A stretch of DNA of 64,000 nt from positions 30,061 to 94,060 of the forward strand of contig CAZLKN010000001.1 in the NCBI GenBank assembly GCA_964560135.1, in the 5' to 3' direction. A program made the position numbers and the translations under genes. Position 1 is the first letter of the stretch. Each line of letters starts with the position of its first letter. The notes beneath the pieces are model-generated. The model searched no databases. It saw nothing but the letters and a program-made list of their open reading frames with translations, and was not told the origin of the DNA. The DNA comes from an uncultured Actinomycetes bacterium. GTDB lineage: Bacteria; Actinomycetota; JAICYB01. Shown here piece by piece: positions 27,356 to 35,471 of this stretch.

Positions 27356-28030
27356 ATGCTGTCCACGACCTTCTACATCGCGTGCATCAAGCTCACGGGA
27401 CGGCGGTGTGTGGTCGTCGGCGGGGGCCCGGTGGGCCTGGAGAAGGTGGAAGGCCTGCTCGCCTGTGACGCGAGGGTGACGCTGATCGCGCCGGAGGCCG
27501 TCCGGGCGCTGCGCGACTTCGCCGGCGAGGAATCGATCACCTGGCTGCGGCGTGACTACGAGGGCCCGCAGGATCTCGAGGGAGCCTTCGTCGCGATCGC
27601 GGCCACCGACGACACCGACATCAACGTCCGCGTCTACGAGGACGCCGAGGCGCGCGCGATGCTGGTGAACGTCGTCGACGTGCCGCCGCTGTGCAACTTC
27701 ATCCTTCCGGCCATCCTCCGCACCGGTCCTCTGGCGATCGCGATCTCGACCGCCGGGGCGAGTCCGGCCCTCGCCAAGCGGATCCGGACCGAGATCTCGG
27801 AGCGCTTCGGCGACGCCTACGCCCGCTTGGCCGAGATCCTGAACGACTACCGGGGATGGGCCAAGGCGACGCTGCCCACCTACCAGGACCGCAAGCGGTT
27901 CTTCGAGTCGATCGTCTACGCCGACCCCGACCCCGTCGACATGCTGCGGACGGGGGACGAGGCGCAGGTTCACGAGTTGATCGCCGCCGCGCAGCGCGAA
28001 GCCATGGCCCGCGCCGGCGCCACCGCCTGA
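27356..28030 (+). CDS. Precorrin-2 dehydrogenase / sirohydrochlorin ferrochelatase (SirC/CysG N-terminal-domain-like).
   Basis: The sequence [21 protein letters not shown] is an NAD-binding motif of the siroheme synthase N-terminal domain. The Met at 27356 was chosen over the longer ORF that starts at 27275. Confidence 0.6.
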   Translation: MLSTTFYIACIKLTGRRCVVVGGGPVGLEKVEGLLACDARVTLIAPEAVRALRDFAGEESITWLRRDYEGPQDLEGAFVAIAATDDTDINVRVYEDAEARAMLVNVVDVPPLCNFILPAILRTGPLAIAISTAGASPALAKRIRTEISERFGDAYARLAEILNDYRGWAKATLPTYQDRKRFFESIVYADPDPVDMLRTGDEAQVHELIAAAQREAMARAGATA

Positions 28031-28063
28031 CGCCGCCGGGGATACCGCCGAGCCCCCTCGGGT

Positions 28064-28930
28064 ATGGTGATGGGGATGGAGATCGTCGTCGGGATTCTCG
28101 CCATCGTGGTCGTTCTCGGCCTCATCTATCTGGTCGTGCAGCGACTCAAGCCGTCCGAAGACCGGCCGGCGGCACGGCGGGAGGAGGGCCGGCCGGCCGT
28201 CGGGCCCGTCGTGACCCTCGACATCGACACCTCCGAGCCGGACAACCCGATCGTCCAGCGGCTCGTCCGCGATGCTGCGGCCCAGTACTTCGCCACCCAC
28301 GCCGACGCGAAGAAGGTGGAAGTACGGGACCGGACGGGACGGGAACTCGACGTGGTGACACGGGAGCGGGTCGAGGAGGAGGCGCCGTCGGCGACGCTGC
28401 CGGAGCACCTCTACGAGCCACGGGCCCGCCGCCATGCGCCGGGCCCGGGCGGCGGAGCCGACCAGGGGCCGGGCGCCGTGGCCCATTTCGACACCTCAGC
28501 CGATGCGGCCCCCCACAGGACGTTGGCGGAGCTGTTCGATCTCCCCGAGGCGGTGCATGCGAAGCTGCAGAAGCCCAACGACCCGGTCGATCTGTGCAGG
28601 GCGATCCTGGAGGCGGCGGGTCTCGAGGTCCGCGTGGACGGTGACGTGCTCGTCTCCGGGGACGAGGCCTTGGTCGTCGTGGACACGACGATCGGATCAC
28701 CGGTACGCCCCGACGACCTGAGCCAGGCCTTCCTGCGATTCCAGGAGACCAAGGCCCGGTCGGGGGTGGTTGTGAGCCCCGGATTGATGTATCCCGAGGA
28801 GCTCAAGCGCCGGCAGGCGATGGCGCCGAACCTGCTCCACGCGGGCCCCGAGGGCATCCAGCGGATGGCGGATGCGGTCGCCCTGGGGGCGAACCCCCTG
28901 CGGTTCGTCACCGGACCCCCGGTGGGCTGA
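28064..28930 (+). CDS. Hypothetical membrane-anchored protein (N-terminal TM helix plus cytoplasmic domain).
   Basis: The N-terminus is MVMGMEIVVGILAIVVVLGLIYLVV. There are no recognisable motifs. The composition looks protein-like, and a hairpin follows the stop. Confidence 0.45.
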   Translation: MVMGMEIVVGILAIVVVLGLIYLVVQRLKPSEDRPAARREEGRPAVGPVVTLDIDTSEPDNPIVQRLVRDAAAQYFATHADAKKVEVRDRTGRELDVVTRERVEEEAPSATLPEHLYEPRARRHAPGPGGGADQGPGAVAHFDTSADAAPHRTLAELFDLPEAVHAKLQKPNDPVDLCRAILEAAGLEVRVDGDVLVSGDEALVVVDTTIGSPVRPDDLSQAFLRFQETKARSGVVVSPGLMYPEELKRRQAMAPNLLHAGPEGIQRMADAVALGANPLRFVTGPPVG

Positions 28931-29061
28931 GCCTCGCAATCCCCGGCCCACCTGGGCGCTCCTGATAGACTGAAGGAGCCACCTGGCCGCGGCCTCCGCC
29001 GCGCGAGGCCCTGTGATCGCATGGGATACGGGCCCGAACGTATGTGGATAAGGAGTCTTTC

Positions 29062-30330
29062 GTGGAAAGCACCGACCTGACCATGGAGCGCACCGACCTG
29101 TCCTTCGCCGACCTCGGCGTCGCAGAGCCGATCCTCCGCCGCCTCGAGTCCCGCGGTATCGACAACCCCTTCGAGATCCAGGCGCTCGTCCTACGCGACG
29201 CTCTCGAGGGCCGCGATGTGCTCGGCAAAGCCAAGACCGGATCCGGCAAGACCCTCGCCTTCGGGATCCCCCTCATCCAGCGGATGAAGGAGGGGATCAA
29301 CGGGACCCAGGCCGTCGTGCTCGTTCCGACCCGCGAGTTGTGCGCGCAGGTCGCCGAGGAGCTCCGCCGGATCGCGCCCTCCAAGGCGCGGATCCTCGCA
29401 GCCTACGGAGGCGTCGGGATGGGGATGAACCTCCGGGAGGCCCCGGGGGCCCACATCATCGTGGCCACACCCGGACGGCTGATCGATCTGCTGGAGCGCC
29501 GGACGGCCAACCTGGAAAACGTCCACCTGCTCGTGATCGACGAAGCGGACCGGATGGCCGACATGGGATTCCTGCCGCAGGTCGCCACCATCCTCCGGTA
29601 CGTCCCGACCGAACGGCAGACGATGCTGTTCTCCGCCACCCTCGACCACGCGATCTCCGGGCTCGTGGCCCAGACCCGTGACGCCGTCCGCCACGAGGTC
29701 ATCGACGACGTCCCGACCGTGGAGAACGTCCAGCACCACTTCTTCGAGGCCCACCAGATGGACAAGGAAGCCGTCCTCGCCTCACTCCTGAAAGCGGCGA
29801 CCGGTCTCACGCTCGTCTTCACCCGCACGAAGCGCTCCTGTGACAAGCTCGCGCAGCGCCTCAAGGACGACGGGGTGAAGGCCGTCGCCATCCACGGCGA
29901 CCTCAACCAGGTCGCTCGCGAGCGGGCCCTCGACGATTTCGAGACCGGCAAGGTCAACGTGCTCGTCGCCACCGACGTGGCCGCGCGGGGCCTCGACATC
30001 GAAGGCATCGAGATGGTCGTGAACTACGATCCGCCGGACGATCACAAGAACTACCTGCACCGGGTGGGGCGGACCGCTCGCGCCGGAAAGTCCGGGGTCG
30101 GTGTGACCCTCTCCAACTGGGAGCAGCGCACCGAGGTCGAGAGGATGGCCCGGCGTCTTCGGCTGGAACCGAAGATCGAGGAGGTCTTCTCGAGCGACCC
30201 GCGGCTCGCGCGCGTGCCGAGCGGCGAGCTCGAAGGCGCCCCCATGGGCGACACGCCTCCACCGGAGGAGCTCGCCACAGCGGTGGGGGCCTACTCGGCC
30301 CTCAAGCGCCGCGGACGCCGCCGCCGCTAG
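29062..30330 (+). CDS. DEAD-box ATP-dependent RNA helicase.
   Basis: The sequence has a Q-motif region, AKTGSGKTLAF (motif I), VIDEADRM (DEAD), SAT, and HRVGRTARAG (motif VI). GTG at 29062 follows an AAGGAG RBS. In-frame alternatives are GTG at 29044 and ATG at 29083. Confidence 0.85.
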   Translation: MESTDLTMERTDLSFADLGVAEPILRRLESRGIDNPFEIQALVLRDALEGRDVLGKAKTGSGKTLAFGIPLIQRMKEGINGTQAVVLVPTRELCAQVAEELRRIAPSKARILAAYGGVGMGMNLREAPGAHIIVATPGRLIDLLERRTANLENVHLLVIDEADRMADMGFLPQVATILRYVPTERQTMLFSATLDHAISGLVAQTRDAVRHEVIDDVPTVENVQHHFFEAHQMDKEAVLASLLKAATGLTLVFTRTKRSCDKLAQRLKDDGVKAVAIHGDLNQVARERALDDFETGKVNVLVATDVAARGLDIEGIEMVVNYDPPDDHKNYLHRVGRTARAGKSGVGVTLSNWEQRTEVERMARRLRLEPKIEEVFSSDPRLARVPSGELEGAPMGDTPPPEELATAVGAYSALKRRGRRRR

Positions 30331-30353
30331 CCGGCCCGGCGCCCGCGGGCCGG
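30331..30353. terminator. GC hairpin (8-bp stem, 7-nt loop) between the convergent helicase and hydrolase genes.
   Basis: ccggcccg-gcgcccg-cgggccgg begins immediately after the helicase stop and ends immediately before the stop of the minus-strand hydrolase gene. Confidence 0.35.
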
Positions 30354-30360
30354 TGATCCG

Positions 30361-32835
30361 TCAGGGTTGGATCTGGATGTGGTGTTTCCCGGGATGTACG
30401 GTGACGCTTCCCGTGAAGGCTCCGATGTCCTCGCCGTCCATGATCACGCGGCCCCCGACGAGCCCGTCGAGATGGATCTTCACCCGGCGGTCGGTGTCGA
30501 TGTTCGCGAACAGGGGAGGCGTCACGGGGAGTTCGGCCCGGGCCATGTCGATCCGGAAGGACGACACGTTGCCGATCAGGGCGTCGAACCGGTTGCGGGT
30601 CGCCCCCGGAGCCGCCGGCCGGTCGTAGCCCGTGGTGACTGCGGCGCCCGAGTGCTCGGGCGGCCCGTCGACGGTGGCCACCGGCCCGGCTGCCGTGGGG
30701 GACGTGGTTGCGCGATCGAGCGTGACGTCCACCGTTCCGGTCCACCAGAGATCGCCGAGCGGCGTGTCCCGGCTCGTGCACGCCGCGGCCGAAGGCTCGT
30801 CGTATACGCGGATCCCGCTCACCCAGTAGGCGGCATCGGCTCGCTCCGCGTACAGCGGGCTCCAGTGGACGGGATCCAGGCACGGCATCCGGGCGTAGCT
30901 GACGCGGGCGGGTGAGAAGGGCAGTTTCCGGTTCGCGAGCCAGGAGGCGCCGAGGTGCCATTCGTCGAGGATCGGGAACGTGTAGTGCTCGTAGCCCGCG
31001 AACAGATGCAGCCGGTGCGGCTGCTGGCGGTCGAGGTACCCGCGCGCCTGGGCGGCCACGCCGCTCGCCGGGACCAGCGGATCATTGGTGCCGTGGAGGA
31101 TGACCGTGGGGACGTGGCGGGCGTTGCCGATCAACGGATGTGTCGTGTAGAGGGGACGGTCGTTCTGCGGGGATCCGGGTGCCAGGGGATAGTTCCACTG
31201 CCCGAGAACCGGGGGCGCGGCGACGGCCATCGCGCCTGCGAAGCGGTCCGGGTACAGCATCGATAGGAGATAGGCGCCCCAGCCGCCCATCGAGTGTCCG
31301 GCGACGGAGAGGCGGTCCGGGTCGAGGTGGAGGAACGCGTGGGCGTCGGCGACGGCGTCCAGGACGTCGATCTGGGAATCGCCCACGTACCATCCCGACG
31401 AGCCGCGCCCGCGCGGGGAGATCAGCACGTTCCGGCGATCCTCGCCGAGCTCCCGCACCATGTTCGGTACGTAGTAGGCGGCCTGATGCTCCCCCGGCCC
31501 CCGCCAGTGCAGCCACAACGTCGACGGGTTCGGCAGGATCGGCTCGTAGGTCGTCGGCACGTAGAGGCCGTAGGGCTGGCGGCGGCTCACCGGTCCGGCC
31601 TCGGCGACGGGATGCGGACGGCCGTTGCGCTGCCCGTCGGTCACCCGCGACTCGAAGATCCGGACGTGGTGGCCGGGCCGGATCCGCCAGGTCTCGTGAG
31701 CGCCGGAGGCCAGGGACACCAGGTCGACGACCGTCGAGAACCGGTTCGACAGCCGGGCCACCCCGTCGCCGGACGCGTCGTGGGTCCGGCGCAGCTCGAA
31801 GGCCTGAGTCTCGTCCATCCACGGGCGCAGCGGTTCGACGCCGCCCCGGAAGGCCAGGTTCATCACCCGGGGGCCGGGCTCCGGGGTGACCGGCGCACGC
31901 CATGCCCCGGCCCCCGGCTCCCACAGCCCGGCCCCCGCCCACAGGCGCCAGCGGGTGACCGGCACGTCATCTCGCGTGCGCTCGAGGAGCGCCCGCGGCA
32001 CGGAAGCCTCGACCACACCCCCGAACCCGTCCGGGTTGTCCGGGCCCCCGGCCCCCAGGTCGTCGGTGGCCACGAGGGCGCCGGGCGCGGCCGCACCGTC
32101 GAGCAGCACGCCGTGGCGGGTCAGGGTGAGCACATGGTCCGCTCCCGGGGTGGCCACCCCCGAGGACAGATCCCATCGGCCGGACCCCGTGGCGAGGTCG
32201 TTGTCGGCATCGACGGCGACGGCGACCACCGGTTCGTCGTCGGGGGTGAGGGCGTTCAGCCGGACGAGGAAGAGCACGTCCTCGATGTCGGCGGCCATCC
32301 GCAGCTCGAGGATGTCGGCGGAGCCCTCCGTGGCCCCATCCGGGTAGCGGGAGGCGCCGTAGCGCTCGACACCCTGTTCGCACTCGGTCTCCGGGTGCGA
32401 GAACACTCCGGCGACGTCCACCGCCGGGATGAACTCGCGGCCGAGGGCGGAGTGGAGGGCCTGGTACCTCGGCCAGCCCGCCGCCGACTCGGCCTCGGCG
32501 TTGCGGTCGCGTCGCTCGACCACGCAGGACCGCGCCGTGCCGGTGTCGTCGAGGATGAAGTCCTGGTGGACGAGCTGACCGGCCTGGACGGTGGTCGTGC
32601 CCCCGAGTCCCGTGACGGCTACCCCCTCGTCCCAGTCCGACGGATCGCCGTCGACGGTCTTCGCGGTGGGAGCCAGGAATGGCGCGGGCAGACGTTCGAT
32701 CGAGCCGAGGGGGATGTTCGGTCCGAAGGCCGCGCGGGGGACCTGATCGAGGGTCGAGCGTGTTGTCCCCGCCTGGGCCGGCAGGGTGATCGTCAGTGCG
32801 AGGACACCGACGACGGCGAATGTGCTTCGCTGCAA
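30361..32835 (-). CDS. Secreted multidomain serine hydrolase (alpha/beta-hydrolase / esterase-like core), paralogue A.
   Basis: The protein has a signal peptide (MQRSTFAVVGVLALTITLPAQA), an N-terminal domain containing the HQDFILDDTG motif, an alpha/beta-hydrolase nucleophile elbow (SVAGHSMGGWGAYLL), and a C-terminal beta-rich domain. The start is TTG. The gene is paralogous to 53083-55242. Confidence 0.6.
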   Translation of the reverse strand: MQRSTFAVVGVLALTITLPAQAGTTRSTLDQVPRAAFGPNIPLGSIERLPAPFLAPTAKTVDGDPSDWDEGVAVTGLGGTTTVQAGQLVHQDFILDDTGTARSCVVERRDRNAEAESAAGWPRYQALHSALGREFIPAVDVAGVFSHPETECEQGVERYGASRYPDGATEGSADILELRMAADIEDVLFLVRLNALTPDDEPVVAVAVDADNDLATGSGRWDLSSGVATPGADHVLTLTRHGVLLDGAAAPGALVATDDLGAGGPDNPDGFGGVVEASVPRALLERTRDDVPVTRWRLWAGAGLWEPGAGAWRAPVTPEPGPRVMNLAFRGGVEPLRPWMDETQAFELRRTHDASGDGVARLSNRFSTVVDLVSLASGAHETWRIRPGHHVRIFESRVTDGQRNGRPHPVAEAGPVSRRQPYGLYVPTTYEPILPNPSTLWLHWRGPGEHQAAYYVPNMVRELGEDRRNVLISPRGRGSSGWYVGDSQIDVLDAVADAHAFLHLDPDRLSVAGHSMGGWGAYLLSMLYPDRFAGAMAVAAPPVLGQWNYPLAPGSPQNDRPLYTTHPLIGNARHVPTVILHGTNDPLVPASGVAAQARGYLDRQQPHRLHLFAGYEHYTFPILDEWHLGASWLANRKLPFSPARVSYARMPCLDPVHWSPLYAERADAAYWVSGIRVYDEPSAAACTSRDTPLGDLWWTGTVDVTLDRATTSPTAAGPVATVDGPPEHSGAAVTTGYDRPAAPGATRNRFDALIGNVSSFRIDMARAELPVTPPLFANIDTDRRVKIHLDGLVGGRVIMDGEDIGAFTGSVTVHPGKHHIQIQP

Positions 32836-33254
32836 ACGTTCCCCCCGGTGGGATCCGTGGCCTCCGCTCTCCGCATGGACGGATTCGCCATCCGGGGAGC
32901 GATCCCCTGCCGGAGGTGGTGCGCGACCGACGCGAGCAGCCGCTGGGGGTCCAGGGGACGCACGAGCCGGTCGGGGCTATCGGGGACGGCCCCCGGCGGC
33001 GCCACGAGGATGAGGGGTGTCTCGGCGAGCGAAGGGTGGTCGGTGACCCCCGGCAGCGGCCCGGCTCCGTTGGACGACGCAAGGCGCGTGTCGAGCACGA
33101 TCAGATCGGGGCGCCGCAGATGCGCAACCTCCGCCGCTTCGGATCTCGTCGAGGCCTCGCGGACGTCGTACCCCTCGTCGGCGAGGACGATCCGGTAGAG
33201 CGCCCGGTGGTTGTCGTCGCCGTCGACGAGCAGGATGCGCAGGGGCTCGCTCAT
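32793..33254 (-). CDS. Stand-alone response-regulator receiver protein (CheY-like, no output domain).
   Basis: The sequence MSEPLRILLVDGDDNHRALYRIVLADEGYDV...PDLIVLD carries the receiver domain's acidic pocket and phospho-acceptor Asp. The 3' end overlaps the start of the downstream hydrolase gene by 43 nt. Confidence 0.7.
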   Translation of the reverse strand: MSEPLRILLVDGDDNHRALYRIVLADEGYDVREASTRSEAAEVAHLRRPDLIVLDTRLASSNGAGPLPGVTDHPSLAETPLILVAPPGAVPDSPDRLVRPLDPQRLLASVAHHLRQGIAPRMANPSMRRAEATDPTGGNVCSEAHSPSSVSSH

Positions 33255-33345
33255 GAATCCTTTCCGGTGTCCGTTTGGCCGTCGCATACGCTCCCTTGTT
33301 TCCCGGCGAGAAGCGTGATAAACAGATTGGCTTCGTCCGGCGGGA

Positions 33346-33999
33346 TCAGACGGTCTCGAGGTCGAGGCTGCGCCACAGGTACCAGGCTGCGGCCGACCTG
33401 AAGGGACGCCAGGGTTCGGCGATCCGCGCGAGTGCCGGGGGTGTCGGTTCGATGCCGTAGGCACGGGCGACCGCATTACGGACTCCGAGGTCGCCCACCG
33501 GCCAGACGTCGGCGCGCCCGAGCTTGAACATCAGGAACATCTCCGCGGTCCAGCGTCCGATGCCGCGGACCCGGACCAGTTCGGCGATCACGTCCTCGTC
33601 GGCGAGCCGGGCGATGCGCTGGAGCCGCAGGTCGCCGGAGGCCACCCGGGTGCCGAGATCGCGGATCGAGGCGGCCTTGGCGGTGGAGATCCCCACGGCG
33701 CGCAGTTCGTCCTCGCCGAGGGCCAGGATGTCCTCGGGACGGACGCGCCGCCCGTCGGTGTAGGCGCTGAGGAACCGCTGCCAGATCGTCTCCGCGGCCT
33801 TGCCCGACAGCTGCTGCCCGACGATCGCCCGGACGAGTGTCGTGAGATGGTCGCCGCGGGCACCGGGCTTCAGCCCGCACCGCCCGACGGCGCCCACGAT
33901 CGTGCGCATCACGGGGTCGGCGGTGCGCAGATGCCGGGCGGCGGCGGCGCGGTCCAAGCGGAGCGGCGTCCCGACAGGGCGCCCGGGCGTCGCGGCCAT
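33346..33999 (-). CDS. DNA-3-methyladenine glycosylase II-like (AlkA / HhH-GPD family).
   Basis: The sequence has the HhH-GPD motif (LVRVRGIGRWTAEMFLMFKLGRADVWPVGDLGVRNA) and the catalytic Asp region. Confidence 0.75.
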   Translation of the reverse strand: MAATPGRPVGTPLRLDRAAAARHLRTADPVMRTIVGAVGRCGLKPGARGDHLTTLVRAIVGQQLSGKAAETIWQRFLSAYTDGRRVRPEDILALGEDELRAVGISTAKAASIRDLGTRVASGDLRLQRIARLADEDVIAELVRVRGIGRWTAEMFLMFKLGRADVWPVGDLGVRNAVARAYGIEPTPPALARIAEPWRPFRSAAAWYLWRSLDLETV

Positions 34000-34143
34000 G
34001 GGCTCACTCTACCGCCGTTGGCGACGCGGCCACCCCTCCTGCGTAGAACGGGCCGGTAGCCGGTCACCCGAACGGGCTATGGCCCCGGCGGAGGTTCTGT
34101 CCGAAGGTTGAACCGGCGGGCCGATACGAGGCGGGAGACGCGC

Positions 34144-35001
34144 ATGGCTTCGAACAGCTCCAATGGGAGCGCGACAGGGACACCACCGGCGACGACGCAG
34201 GCCCTCATGGTCCTGGACGGACGGCGCATCGAGGGGACCCTGCATCTCGACCCGGACAAGCGGCGCTTCTCCGATGCCTGGGAGGCGCTCCTGAACACCC
34301 AGCGATCCTTCGTGCCCGTCACCAACGCCACGATCAACTCGACGGCCTCGCCACGGACCGAGGCTGCAGACTTTCTGCTCGTCGACAAGAAGGAAGTGAG
34401 GGCGGTGGGCCCGCTCGGGGAGCGTGTCGATGCGTCCTCCGGGCCGATCCGGCGGACCGAGCTCGAGCGGGTACCGGTGGTGCTGATGCTGGAGGGTCTC
34501 CGCGTGGCGGGCGTGGCGCACCTGGATCCGAACCGCGGACGGTTCTCCGACACCTGGGAGGCGCTGCAGCGGGACCGGCGGCCGTTCGTGATCCTGACGG
34601 ATGCCACGGCGACCTACCACGACGAATCTCAGACCGTGGCGATGCAGGTCATGATGATCGGGAAGGACGAGATCCAGGCCGTCTACCCGTTGGAGGTATC
34701 CGACGGCGTCACGCCTGCTCGCCGTCTCCAGCGCGAGTCGATGCAGGCCAGATTGATACTCGACGGACTCCAGGTTGAGGGAACACTGCACGTCGAGCAG
34801 CATCCTGTGGCCCGCTACGCGCGATTCTCGGATCTCTGGGAGGCGCTGATGCGGGACCGGCGGAGCTTCCTGCCGGTCACGGACGCCACGATGTGGACGG
34901 GGGATGGAGGCTCGAAGCTCGCCGTCGCCCCTCTGCTGGTCGTGGAGAAGGGCGACATCCGCGCGGCCCTGCCTGTTGGAGTGAGCTCGACGACGTCGTA
35001 G
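34144..35001 (+). CDS. Hypothetical protein made of three tandem copies of an approximately 90-aa domain of unknown function.
   Basis: Each internal repeat has the pattern hhLDG-h-EGT-H-h-(D)-RFSD-WEAL-R-F-PVTDAT...K-I-A-PL. The ATG at 34144 follows a GGGAG RBS. The longer ORF begins with TTG at 34108. Confidence 0.6.
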   Translation: MASNSSNGSATGTPPATTQALMVLDGRRIEGTLHLDPDKRRFSDAWEALLNTQRSFVPVTNATINSTASPRTEAADFLLVDKKEVRAVGPLGERVDASSGPIRRTELERVPVVLMLEGLRVAGVAHLDPNRGRFSDTWEALQRDRRPFVILTDATATYHDESQTVAMQVMMIGKDEIQAVYPLEVSDGVTPARRLQRESMQARLILDGLQVEGTLHVEQHPVARYARFSDLWEALMRDRRSFLPVTDATMWTGDGGSKLAVAPLLVVEKGDIRAALPVGVSSTTS

Positions 35002-35100
35002 TCACGAAAGCGTGCTCCCCGGATCCTCCTCGTGTTTTTGCTTGCCACCGGAGCGGGTAGGCACCGACCCAGACGGGTCGAACAAGGAGGAGGATCCGAC

Positions 35101-35382
35101 ATGGCCAGAGACCGTGAGGTTATCCGCGAGGAACGTGTGGATCGTGGTGGTCCGCCCGGGTGGGGGCCGGGGCCCATCATCGGGGCGGTCCTGGCGGCGA
35201 TCCTGGTCGTCGTGCTGCTCCTGTTCGTGTTCGGTGCTCTGGGCACCGGGACGGGCGGCGGAGACGGGGACACGCAGATCGACACCCCGGACCAGATCGA
35301 GATCGATCCGGGCGGCGGCGGAGACGGGGGTGGGACCGACGGCGGCGGGACCGACGGCGGTGGGACCGACGGGGGTGGCTAG
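35101..35382 (+). CDS. Small single-TM protein with an acidic Gly-rich C-terminal repeat tail (GGGTD x3).
   Basis: A very strong RBS (AAGGAGGAGGA, then 6 nt, then ATG) precedes the gene. The N-terminus is basic, one transmembrane helix follows (IIGAVLAAILVVVLLLFVFGAL), and the tail is GTGTGGGDGDTQIDTPDQIEIDPGGGGDGGGTDGGGTDGGGTDGGG. Confidence 0.55.
   Translation: MARDREVIREERVDRGGPPGWGPGPIIGAVLAAILVVVLLLFVFGALGTGTGGGDGDTQIDTPDQIEIDPGGGGDGGGTDGGGTDGGGTDGGG
35329..35379. repeat. 15-nt tandem repeat (ggtgggaccgacggc x3) encoding the GGGTD repeats.
   Basis: The repeat is directly visible at the 3' end of the small membrane-protein gene. Confidence 0.7.
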
Positions 35383-35471
35383 CCTGACATGAACACCCGA
35401 CCTGCGTAGCGGCAGGAGATGTGCCCTCCCGGGGCGAAGGGTGGCCCACGGAGTCACACGGGAGGGCACGC

